A program made the translations under genes and the position numbers. Positions 36,225-48,154 of a stretch of 64,000 nt of DNA are shown piece by piece. Every line of letters starts with the position of its first letter. The first letter of the stretch is position 1. The notes beneath the pieces are model-generated. The model did not search any database. It was not told the DNA's origin and saw only the letters and a program-made list of their open reading frames with translations. The stretch covers positions 4,738,936-4,802,935 of the forward strand of contig NC_068997.1 of assembly GCF_001194135.2 (NCBI RefSeq), read 5' to 3'. This DNA comes from Octopus bimaculoides (Eukaryota).

Positions 36225-36793
36225 CATACATGCACGTGAATGTATGCATTGTATGTATATACATATATACACATGAATATAAGTGTGTCTGTCTGCATAT
36301 CTGTATGTGTGTATCCCCAGTCTTTCAATGACATAATAGTATGTGTCTGCACCACTCACTTTGTTATTGCTTAGCCTGTCTGCCTTTACCTTTAAGGTCT
36401 TGAAAGGCAAACATGAGTTGAGCTACTGTCATCACCTCAATAAACCACATCAATAGCTGTTGTTATTGCTGTATGTCGATATTGTTGATGGAGTCAGTCA
36501 TAATGGTGGTGGCTGTAGTGGAGGATTTACAATGTGAGTTTTCATAACTAGATAGGTGAACTGCATTGGCTAACAACAACAACAACCTGATACTGTTTTT
36601 CATATCTCTTAGTCTTTTCTCCTCTCTCTCCCGCCCTTTTTTTTCGTTATCTCTCCAAAACAGGTACACTGTCTTTCTTGTCTACACATACACATCTACA
36701 TGCACAAGCACACTCAAACTCGTGTGTATATATTTATATGTATACACATACATGTGTGTGCAAGCGTGCATGTATATATGTGTGTGTGTATAC

Positions 36794-36828
<35 letters not shown>

Positions 36829-36919
36829 CCATCATCAACAGATCTTGAAATTTGTTTAGAAACAAATTTCATAAGTAAAATCAGGTTACGAAAAACAGTA
36901 GTAAACATCCTTGATGATG

Positions 36920-36969
<50 letters not shown>

Positions 36970-37184
36970 CCTTTCTACTATAGGCACAAGGCCTGAAATT
37001 CAGAGGAGGGCACTAGTCGATTACATCAACCCCAGTGTTTCATTGGCACTTAATTTATTAACCTCGAAAGGATGAAAGGCAAAGTCGACCTCAGCAGAAT
37101 TTGGACTCAGAACGAAATAATAATGACGATAATAATAATAATAAATTGTTTCTAATTTAACCACAAGAGGTGGTTTGTCTATGC

Positions 37185-37406
37185 CAATGGACCTCACCCA
37201 TTTTTTGCCAATAGATCCCTTTGAGTCCTATTTTACTCAGGTTTACCTCCTTAGCCATAATCATTCTACTGTATTTTTATGATTAAATAGTATTAGGAAT
37301 TGTATTAAAAAGTTAACATATTTTGTGTATTGTAGAAGTATAAGCAATCTTTTACACATTAATTTTAACAGCAAAATCTTATATGGACCATGAATGAGAA
37401 CCAGTG
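37185..37406. mobile_element. Older hAT-type MITE (family of 6632-6864)
   Basis: Ends caatggacctcaccc... and ...tgagaaccagtg, flanked by GTCTATGC (37177-37184) and GTCTACAC (37407-37414). Confidence 0.6.
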
Positions 37407-37414
37407 GTCTACAC

Positions 37415-37736
37415 CAGGCCTGGCCAACTCGAATTACATTGCAGGCCACGTCAATTGCAGAAAGATTTTTGAGGGCCGCTTGTATACTTGAGCACTGCTG
37501 ACAGAATTGAAAGCATTTTGTTTTCTCATGCTATTATTACAATAATGAATGAATGATTGTTGATTCAGCATGAAATATTATTGTTGAAAAACCAGTAGTA
37601 TCTTTCTTTTTTCACAATCTTTAATTTTTGATAAAGATTTTTAAATGTTTCTTTAAATAAACCCATTTCAAGAAAGTATCAGGTGGACTGTAAGATAAAT
37701 GTCTGCGGCCCGCAGGCCTCAGGTTGGCCAGGCCTG
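37415..37736. mobile_element. hAT-type MITE with perfect TIRs and 8-bp TSD
   Basis: TIR CAGGCCTGGCCAAC / GTTGGCCAGGCCTG. TSD GTCTACAC at 37407-37414 and 37737-37744. Confidence 0.9.
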
Positions 37737-40699
37737 GTCTACACCATTGACACCAGTAGCAAACTTGTACTTCATTCTATTGAGCTCAAAAAGTTAAGTT
37801 GATCTCAGTGGTTAACAACAACAACAATAGTAACAATAATAATAATGGTTTCAAATTTTGGTACAAGTCCAGCAATTTCGGGGGAGAGGTTAAGTCGATT
37901 ACATCGAACTCAGTTGTTAAACTGGTACATTATTTTATCGACCCTGAAAGGATGAAAGGCAAAATTGACTTTGGCAGAATTTGAACTCAGAGTGCAAAGG
38001 CAAGAGCAGCAATTTTGATGGTAGGGGATTAGTTAATACCATTGACCCTAATACTTGACTGGTACTTTATTTTATGTACCACAGACAAATGAAAGGCAAA
38101 AATTGATCCCCCCCCCCCCTACAGCAAGATTTGAACTCAGAATTTAAAGAGTTAGAAGAAATACTACAAGACATTTTGTTCAGCACTCTAACAATTCTGC
38201 CATGCCACTACCCTAAATAATAATGATGATTCTTTCTACTGTAGGTAGAAATTTGTACCTGAAATTTTGGGGGAGTATGTTCATTGACAACATCAACCCC
38301 AGTGTTCAACAGGTACTTACTTTATCAGCCCCAAAAGGATGAAAGGTCAAGTCAACCTCAGTAGAATTCAGAGCATAAAGTTGGAAGAAATGCTGCTATG
38401 CATTTTTCCTAGTGTGGTAATGATTCTATCAACTCATTACCTTAATAGTAATGATGATGATGATGATGATGATGATATGCTAGAATTTGCTTCTTGCTTA
38501 ATCCTGTCTTGATCAACATTTTGTTGTTGTTTAGTCCCAGACCAACCTTGATCCAGCAGACCTTTAGTTAAAGGTGTTGCACCTACAATGATCTACATGT
38601 GTTTATTTTTAATTATAATCAGTGTTTGTGTATTTAGGACTGCATTATATAATGTGCCCTTTTTATGTAGACAGTATGGTGTTGATCTGAGAGGGATTTG
38701 ACTATTATATCTAGCAGGTAAGTACATAGAAATTATAAATATTTTTGCCCTCTTAGCAGTTTTTCTCCACCTGAGGTCTGGTCCAAACTGAATTTCAAGC
38801 ACCCTAACTCAACTCTGTGTCTAACAACAGAAGTTGCTAAGTCAAAAGTTTACTAAGACCTGTCTCAGTTAATGCATGTTCCAGTTGATCCCTGGTACAA
38901 CTGACAAGGCCTTTGTGTGTCCTCAGTTTCAGCAGGATGCCCTTTAATGTCTCCAGTCTCAGCAACAATGGTTCCAGTTACAAAATAAACAAAAGAGATG
39001 GTGAGTGGACAACTTTGAAGGGCTGGGGGGGGGTCAATGTTTAGTATGAATGGCCAGTTAGTTTGAATCTGAATGAGCTTTGGTTGTTCAAGTCAAACAG
39101 TGAGATAGAAATTACTAAGTTGTCAGAATTATAATAGCAATAATGTTGATGTTGTCATGGTTGTAGCCTCAGTTTTTGTTCTGATCAACAATAACCTTGT
39201 AGACTTACAATGCTATACATCCACTACTACTACAACATCCAAAACAATACTACTTCAGCACTAACCCTAACTACACTAAACTCTCCCACTCACTCAACTC
39301 TAACACAACTCATAAAAATATCAGCATCATCATCCTTATTAACCCCAAACATGTTGTAAACCTTCAGACTATCAGAGGTATATACAGACATAGTACTCCT
39401 GCCTTACTTTTGTCATCACCACCAGAAGTATGTTCAGACAGGGTCCATCTATCCTACCTTTTGTTGCAGACATGTAAACTGGGTATAAACTGACATACTC
39501 TGTTGTGGACATTATCGGGTGCATGGACTAACATACTCTCCACTGTTCTATCTCTGTTGTAGACACTACCATTGGTATAGACAGACATACTCTCCTGTCC
39601 TACCACTGCTGTGTTCACCATCAGAGGTATGTTCAGAGTCCATCTGCTCTACGACACAGCCAGGGGTGTGTACAAACATAAATAAATAATAAATAGAAAT
39701 AATATTGTAGAACAATGAAATAAGAACTAGGACCCCTAAAATGGGGTGGGGGTACCACATAGGCTTAGTCAGGACACCCTATCCACAACTTCAAATTATC
39801 CTTATACAAGTACTTCTCTCAGTCATTGCTGAGTGAGGGAACCCCACATAAGCTCTGGTTATCCTGATACACCAGGAACAAGTACAGTCTCCCAGTCCTT
39901 GCCACCAACCTGCAGTCATGTAGTTTGCATGGGCCCATTTTACTACTCCCATCCACATTCCATTAAGTTCCCCTCTATTATCACAATCCTTTGTAAGTGT
40001 TACTTAAAGAAATTGATAAGGGTTTACTGGATACAAAAAGCTTTCTCCTCAAACTCCTCAACTATGTGCATGACATAATTTCATTTATCATAGCCCTTCC
40101 TGTTCTTCTTTGCCTGAGGAAGGTTGTAGGGATGATCTTCACTATGGACTCAACTAACAGCTGGATCCATTCCACACATGATAACTGATGTTCAACAGAC
40201 ACCTACAAATAACACTATGTAACAAAACTTTTATTTTTATTAAAAATTTTTTTTTTTTTTTGTCTTTGGTCAGTAAGTGTTATTTCCTGTTTGCTTCTAT
40301 CCAGAAATCAAAGGAAATGACCACTATTTCCTTCAAAATTTACTTTTATGACCAGGACATCAATTTTTTCCATTACATTTCAGACAGATTCAGCACTGAG
40401 TTTCCAAAGCAGAAAATATCTTTATAGTAAATATTCTGCTCAGTACCACAGATTTATTTGTCAGTTGCTTGACCTTAGCCACTTGAGCATGTCCTTTAGT
40501 GGCTGACAATATGTGCATCTCTGATCATAAGCAGGAGTAGTGTTAGAGCATCATAGCCATGTGTTGAGAGGGATTCTCTGGAGTTTGAATAAATGTAACA
40601 AAAGCAAAGTTTGAAGGAAATATTTGCCATTTTTCATACTTTCTAGAGGTAAATAAATAAGAAATAACAGTTGCTACCCAAGGACAAAAATCATGTAAT

Positions 40700-41350
40700 C
40701 AATGTACAGGTACCAATGACATTGTGCCAGACAGTTTCACCACCTGGAATGCATCTTGGGTTTAGCTGCTGACAGTATAGCAAACCTATGGAATTTATCT
40801 AAAACAGACAAAGTCCTTGTGAAGCATTGCTAGATCCAGAACTTTTCAAAATTGTCCTTTCTAACTTGAAAGTCCAACAAAAGATACTTCTTCAACTGTC
40901 CTTGTCAACACCCAGAATAACTTACACTTTCCATTAACCTATATAGAATGTGAGGATTGACTTTCCACTGACCATATTGTCAAATTTCTAAACTGTAGAG
41001 GATTTTGCAACATTCCAGATGCCAGAAACATATCTTCTGTCTCTGTTTGACCTAGGACTGCGGCATGGTCAAAAAAATTAGCTGCAGTTAGCCTTTATTT
41101 ATAGCACATATATCTGTTCAGTGTTATTGCATACAACTCTCTACAGATATATCAACCACAGTACCTACCTGTACACCATCATCCACAGCATCCTAAGATT
41201 ATTTTAGAGTGACCATTGGCAGCAGAATGGATCCCCATCCATCAGAAACGTCCCTTCCATAAAAAATGAAATTATATATGCTCTGATTTGGTTGTCTTTG
41301 CTAGAACAAGGTTTGACAGTCAGATGTTAGTACACTGTCAATGTAATGTA
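40700..41350 (+). mobile_element. Possible highly decayed RTE-like LINE fragment
   Basis: Broken peptides TVEDF, RTAAWS, STY..IIHSIL and HWQQ occur in the order of RTE motifs V.DF.YLG / R.A.AW / GTYTRMLRAIL / SWxQH. Confidence 0.35.
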
Positions 41351-42274
41351 GACATAAAACACTTCCACCTTTTTCAGGTACAGCTTCTTCTAAAGCCATA
41401 CCTCCCTTTATAGGTTTTCTCTACCTAAGGTATGGTCCAAACTGGACTTAACTGGACAGTGTCTAGCAACAGAAGCTGCTGTTCTTCACAAACTTTCCTC
41501 TCCAGCTGCTAAGTAAACAAGTTCACTGACATGCCTCAGTTAATGCATATTCCAGTTAAACTCTGTTATTGCTGACAAGGCCTTCCTGTGTCGCCAATTT
41601 GAGCAAGCTTCTTAATGTCTCCAATCTCAGTAACAATAACTCCAGTTACAAAACACAGAAAAGATGAAAAATGAACATCTTTGATAGACCGAGGAAGATA
41701 ATATTTAGTGTAGGCAGCTACTTAGTTTAGATCTGAGTGAGCTTTGGCTGCTATTTTTCACAGGTCAAGCAACCATATAGAAATTACCAAAAATTGGAAG
41801 TGCTCTGAAGGTATTGCAGTTGTGTTCTGGGGTGTTCTTTCATAGGTGTATTTTAGTTGTGTTCTGGGGATGTTGTTCTGTGTGTGTTATTGTTGTGTTC
41901 TGTGCAATGTCTCAGTCTTTGAAAAAGTGCTCAGGCAAAGGCATGAAATATTAAAAATCTAGTCTTGTCACAGTGTTAGTCATGAAAGAAGAGTTAGATA
42001 TAAATAGCTACATGGGTAGATTGACAAACAGATCGCAGATGTAGATGACCAGGCACTTAATTCTAGAGACCCAGGCAAGCATGGAAAAATAGATGTTAAA
42101 TGATGATGATGATGGTGATATATAAATATATATATATTACATCTGTGTTTACAAATCTAATGAAAAAGTACTCTATACACAGTTTTCTTATTAAAACTGG
42201 AGTAATAACAGTGTAATATCTCTGATTTTAATATATGTATGTATGTGTGTATATATGTATGTATATGTATATAG

Positions 42275-42619
42275 CGAAATCGTGATGGCACCAGTACCAG
42301 TAAATCACTAAGAGCACTGTCCAAGCGTGATCGTTTCCAGAGCACCAGCTGTCTGGCTTTCGTGCCGGTGGCACGTAAATAGCACCATTTGAGTGTGACC
42401 GTTACCAACGTCGCCTTCCTGGCACTTGTGCCAGTGGCACGTGAAAAGACATTCGAGCGAGTTCGTTGCCAGTCCCGCTGGACTGGTTCCTGTGCGGGTG
42501 GCACGTAAAATACACCATTTCGAGCATGGCCGTTGCCAGTACCCCCTGACTGGCCTTTGTGCCGGTGGCACGTAAAAGCACCCACTACACTCTCTGAGTG
42601 GTTGGCATTAGGAAGGGCA
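42275..42619 (+). mobile_element. RTE LINE 3' UTR copy (runs into gap)
   Basis: Near-identical to 1818-2058 (atcgtgatggcaccagtaccagtaaatcactaagagcac...), then continues into the shared SINE/LINE tail. Confidence 0.8.
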
Positions 42620-43219
42620 NNNNNNNNNNNNNNNNNNNNNNNNNNNNNNNNNNNNNNNNNNNNNNNNNNNNNNNNNNNNNNNNNNNNNNNNNNNNNNNNN
42701 NNNNNNNNNNNNNNNNNNNNNNNNNNNNNNNNNNNNNNNNNNNNNNNNNNNNNNNNNNNNNNNNNNNNNNNNNNNNNNNNNNNNNNNNNNNNNNNNNNNN
42801 NNNNNNNNNNNNNNNNNNNNNNNNNNNNNNNNNNNNNNNNNNNNNNNNNNNNNNNNNNNNNNNNNNNNNNNNNNNNNNNNNNNNNNNNNNNNNNNNNNNN
42901 NNNNNNNNNNNNNNNNNNNNNNNNNNNNNNNNNNNNNNNNNNNNNNNNNNNNNNNNNNNNNNNNNNNNNNNNNNNNNNNNNNNNNNNNNNNNNNNNNNNN
43001 NNNNNNNNNNNNNNNNNNNNNNNNNNNNNNNNNNNNNNNNNNNNNNNNNNNNNNNNNNNNNNNNNNNNNNNNNNNNNNNNNNNNNNNNNNNNNNNNNNNN
43101 NNNNNNNNNNNNNNNNNNNNNNNNNNNNNNNNNNNNNNNNNNNNNNNNNNNNNNNNNNNNNNNNNNNNNNNNNNNNNNNNNNNNNNNNNNNNNNNNNNNN
43201 NNNNNNNNNNNNNNNNNNN

Positions 43220-43251
<32 letters not shown>

Positions 43252-44079
43252 TGATACAGGAGTAAAAATTTACTGTTAACTGATTTTTAGGAACCTTTTA
43301 TTTTCTTCACTGGAAAGAATAGAATACAGTTTGAGAGAGAGAGGGAGAGAGAGAAAGAGAGAGTAGGGAGTGATATTCTAAAAGGTAAAATACCTGGACT
43401 AAAAACAGAACAGGCAACATAAACAGATAAACTAGTCGAGATGACAGGTAAATAATGATGGGTCATTGTTTACAGGGTGTCACACACACACACACACACA
43501 TGCAGATCTGCTGCAATTTCTTGCACTGACACGTGACTCACTGACACAGAAATAGTTCCTCTAACTGATGAAGACGTCACACATCCTCTCTTCCAGGATT
43601 CCATCTATTTTCCTCTTACCTTTCTCTCCCTCTCTTCCTTAATCTCTCTTCCTCTCTCCTCCCTCTTCCTTTCACTCTCTCTTCCTCTCTCCTCCCTCTT
43701 CCTTTCACTCTCTCTCTCTCTCTCAACGAAAGAAGAAACACAGCAGACAGACAGAGAGAATGTGAGAGATTTCAGGAAGGAGGGGGGTGCATGCTTCCTT
43801 CTACCATTTTGTGTGTGTATGTGTGTCTGCTGCTATGGCTGTATGTGTGTGCTTCCTTTTACCACTGTATATGTATAATTGTGTTTGTGTGTTTGTATTT
43901 CCTTCTACACTGTGTCTTTGTGTGTCTATGTGACTGATCAAATCTATTTACCAGGAATATAGAACATGCAAATCCAAAGACACTGTCCTCGGCAGCATAC
44001 ACAAAATGAAAGTATGTGTTTATAAATAACTCCATGTTTATCTATCAATCTCTCTCAGTCTCTCTCGCTTTCTCTCTCT

Positions 44080-44117
<38 letters not shown>

Positions 44118-44127
44118 NNNNNNNNNN

Positions 44128-44172
<45 letters not shown>

Positions 44173-44821
44173 GCATCTATGCAAATAGATACATGCACTG
44201 CTATACATACACATATTTACACACATACATCTATATAGATACACCCATACACGCATCCTTCCATCTATACATATGTATATATACTCACTAATCTCTGGTA
44301 AATAAATTCTCTTATCTGTAGTCCTTCATTTAACTAGTGTCTAATTCCCTACATTAAACATTTCAGTCCTCCCCCTTCTCTTTTCTTTAGTGAAATCCTA
44401 GTAGTGTTACAAGAGAGTTTTTACATGGTTGTTTGATTTGTTTGAAATAGCAGCCAAATCTCTTGCAAAATCATACTTTGATGTCTTTAATGAAAAAAAA
44501 AACATATGGCATAATGTAATCACAGATACCCTAAAAACGCACAGGATGGTCATGGCAAGAATGCCTTAGATCATAGACCTCCTGGATCAAGGTTGGCTCA
44601 GTGGCCTAACACCAACCTAGTTATGTACAAACAGGTTTTATCTCACTACCAGACTATGAAGATAGTGCAAAAATGTGTGTGTGTGTGAACTGGCAGTACT
44701 GTTTTTCCATGAATGCATGTTAGTATACATGTGTGTGTGTCTTTGTATATGTGTGTGTATCTATGTTTATGCATGTGTGCTTATGTATGAGTGTGTGTGT
44801 ATGTATATGTGCATATCTTTC

Positions 44822-45031
44822 ATCTTTTGCTTGTTTTAGTCATTGGACTCTGGCCATGCTGGGGTACTGCCCCGTAACGGTTTAGTCAAATGAATCAACC
44901 GCAATACTTATTTTTTTAAGACTGGTACTTATTCTATCAATCTCTTATGCCAAACTGCTAAGTAACAGGGATGTAAACAAACCAACACCAATTGTTAAAC
45001 AGTAGTGAGGGACAAACACAAGCACACAAAT

Positions 45032-45093
<62 letters not shown>

Positions 45094-45328
45094 GTATATA
45101 TATATACACACACATATGTGTCAAGCCAAGTTGTGGTCAGTGCTGGTGGCACATAAAAAGCATTTATTACACTCTTGGAGAGGTTGGTGTTAGGAAGGGC
45201 ATTCAACCATAGAAACCAAACCAAATCAGACGGGAACCTAGTGCAGCTCTCTGGCTTGCCGGTCCCAGCCAAACTGTTTAATCGATGCCAACATGGAAAA
45301 CAAATGCTAGATGTGGATGATGATTCTG

Positions 45329-45364
<36 letters not shown>

Positions 45365-45520
45365 CGATGGTCTTCTTCAGAACTTCTGTCTACTAAATCC
45401 ACTCACAAGGCTTTGATTGGCTTGGGCTTTAGTAGAAGACACCTGCCTCAGGTGCCACATAGTGGGACAGAACATGGAACCATGTGGTTGGGAAGTAAAC
45501 TTCTTACCACACAGCCATGC
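44822..45520 (-). mobile_element. Bipartite tRNA/CORE-like SINE with internal microsatellite, interrupted by a plus-strand RTE-tail SINE (45135-45325)
   Basis: 3' half at 44822-45030 and tRNA-like head at 45370-45520 (rc ggctgtgtggtaagaagtttacttcccaaccacatggttcc). The second SINE sits between two (CA)n runs. Confidence 0.75.
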
Positions 45521-46299
45521 TTGCACCTATGTGTATATATGTGTGTGTAAAGCTTATATAGACTTATTATAGAATAGACCTTCTGAGTAATACCACAAAA
45601 CATGGGTAACAGAAAGACCATGACTGACTTCTGCCTAATTAAGATAACAGAGTTCACATCTTTTTGTTACTTAATGATCTCTAAACTTTGTGATACTTTG
45701 TTATGTGATTGGTGGAACCCTGCTGGTTCCTTGCTGACTATGCTTTGCCACAAATGGATTTCCCACTGACTTCGCCAAGACCATTGTTTTTAAATCTGTC
45801 TCCCAACATGTTACACCCAAATGAAACCCACAACTCCAAACTATGCTATTCGGTAAAGAATACTGGACCAAGTCACCATTATATCCATAACTGGGAGCTA
45901 TCAAGTGAACAGGGACACCTCTATGTAATTTCTTGATCTGCTAGAAATGCCAACCAAATTTCCTCAAATCACGCCTTACTATTATAAAAAATGAAAGATA
46001 CATTGGATAGTAGTTTTAGATAAACTGCTGCCTGAAAAATTAGGTGGAATAGTCAAGGGTGGAATACGTTTGTTCATTAGTCTGAACTACTACTATTGTT
46101 GCTACTTGCTATGTAACCATTATGAAAATAAATGCTACCTTCCTGTATGCAGGGTTGGGTGTGCAGTTAAGAAGTTAAACTTAGTCCCACTGCACAGCTC
46201 TTTGGTTTTGTACTTTTTACCATAGCTTTGAGTTGACATATGCCTTGTGAGGTCAAAACTGAGGAAGGTCATCATGTTTATAAGTGTGGCTTATAGGCA

Positions 46300-46682
46300 C
46301 AGCCATGGCTGTGTGGTAAGAAGTTTGCTTCCCAACCACATAGTTCTGTATTCAATCACACTGCATGGCACCTTGAGTGTTTTCTACTATAGTCATGAGC
46401 TAACCAAACCCTTGAGAGTGGATTTGGTAGACAGAAACTAAAAGAAGCCTATCGTGTATGTCTGTACATGCGTATATATATATATATCTGTGACAACTGG
46501 CAATTAGTGTTGGTTTGTTTATGTCTAGGTAACTTGGCAGTTCAACAAAAGTGGTCAATAGAATAAGTACCAGGCTTTAAAAATCATAAGTACTGATGTT
46601 AATTTGTTTGACTAAAGCTCTTTAATGTGGTGCTCCAACAAGGCTGCAATCCAATGAGTGAAAAAAGTAAAAAGTAAAAGAT
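46300..46682 (+). mobile_element. Complete bipartite tRNA/CORE-like SINE
   Basis: Head ggctgtgtggtaagaagtttgcttcccaaccaca, CORE-like ggcaccttga..gtg, internal TA/TG tract, tail gatagaataagtaccaggc...agtaaaaag. Other copies at 51785-52250(-), 53395-54060(-, split), 58160-58780(-). Confidence 0.8.
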
Positions 46683-47682
46683 ACATATTGTGAGTTAACA
46701 TGATATTGAGTATTCCTGTATTTTACTGACAAAGAACAAGAATTGCTGCTTCACTGCATCTTGAAAAAGATTTGTTGTATAATGAAGATCTGTGAAGTGT
46801 GGCGGATAGTAAGGTCCTGATAGTTTGTGCAGGCAGGTGGAGTCAATTTGTAATTAGACATGTATATGCGTGTCCTTGTCTTGACATTGCATGCTAATCG
46901 TAAACAAACTTCACCATCATATGAGCAGTGACATGTTTGTGTTATTCTGTGGAAATATGCTCACACTAGGAGGAAATTATTACTTTGCTTGAGAACATGT
47001 AAGGGTTGGTGACAGGTAAAGCACCCATATATAGAAAATGTCTGAGTTTTGAAGATTGTAGCAAATCGGTGTACATGCAGCAAATTGGCAGAGTCAATAG
47101 AGCATCAGATGAATTGCCTGGCAGTCTTTATTCTGACCCCTTGTTGTCTGATTTCAAATACCAACTTGCCTTTCAAGTGGAATCCATTTTGTGGACCAAT
47201 GCATGGCACCTGGGTACCACTAATGGAATCCACTCTGTTGTCACCCATTTTAACACCCCATCTGGTTTTTTAAATGCCATTAGCAGAGTTCACTCTGCTG
47301 CAACCTTGCTGGCCATGTCTCTGATTTGAGGACAAGTGACCCCTGTACTCCCACAAGTCTCAGAGGCCCTTTGAAAGAGTTGTGAGTGCTGTTTTTAATC
47401 ATTTGACTTAACCTTTAAAACAGAAAAAGCTTCAGGGCTAATGTTAGTCCAAATCACAACAGCATGTGTGTGGGTCTAAACTGAAGACCACCTTCCCATA
47501 TTCCACCTGTCTGTGAGAATCTGCAAAAGTTATGGGTTCTGTTTGTTTTTTTTTTTTGTTTGTTTTTTTCAATAACTGGCAGATTTGATTAGCAACAAAT
47601 GGGAAATTCACACATACACTAATGAGACATCTACATAGATAATATATGTATTCACATCATATAGAACTTTTGTTCAATACAG

Positions 47683-47773
<91 letters not shown>

Positions 47774-48092
47774 ATACCATAATCTACAAGGCTATCTTTG
47801 TCTTTCATGATTTTTGACATTGATAAAATATGTACCAGTCAAGTATTGTGGTCAATGGTATCAAGTAACCCCTTCCTCACATATTTCTGGTCTTATGAAG
47901 TAACTATTAATTCACAAGCTGTTTAACCACCAGGTTAACTCTGATATACCAGACCTTATAACCAAAGACATTCTAGCTCTAACCAATCATATCTTATTTA
48001 TCTACTGCATCTATTATATGTTATTTATCCAATATGTCCTTTGCCCTTTAAGGCCATATAGGGTCTACGCACCACTGTCAGTTACTGTATAA

Positions 48093-48154
<62 letters not shown>

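Larger units (their letters stand above)
36970..38440 (-). mobile_element. Cluster of 4-5 same-orientation tRNA-derived SINEs with Meta-like central domain, separated by (AAT)n
   Basis: Repeated rc of ctgagttcaaatt...gactttgcctttcatcctttcggggtcgataaattaagtaccag at ~36970-37115, 37745-37800, 37845-37995, 38010-38215 and 38230-38440. Other copies at 12330-12450(-), 27905-28110, 29245-29390, 60795-60945. Confidence 0.75.

Noticed and set aside
43985-44015. ctcggcagcatacacaaaatgaaag resembles the U6 snRNA 5' end
   Set aside because: Short, gapped similarity with no continuation into the U6 ACAGAGA region.
46300-46380. tRNA-like A/B box sequences in SINE heads
   Set aside because: No cloverleaf, and they continue into SINE bodies, so they are not tRNA genes.
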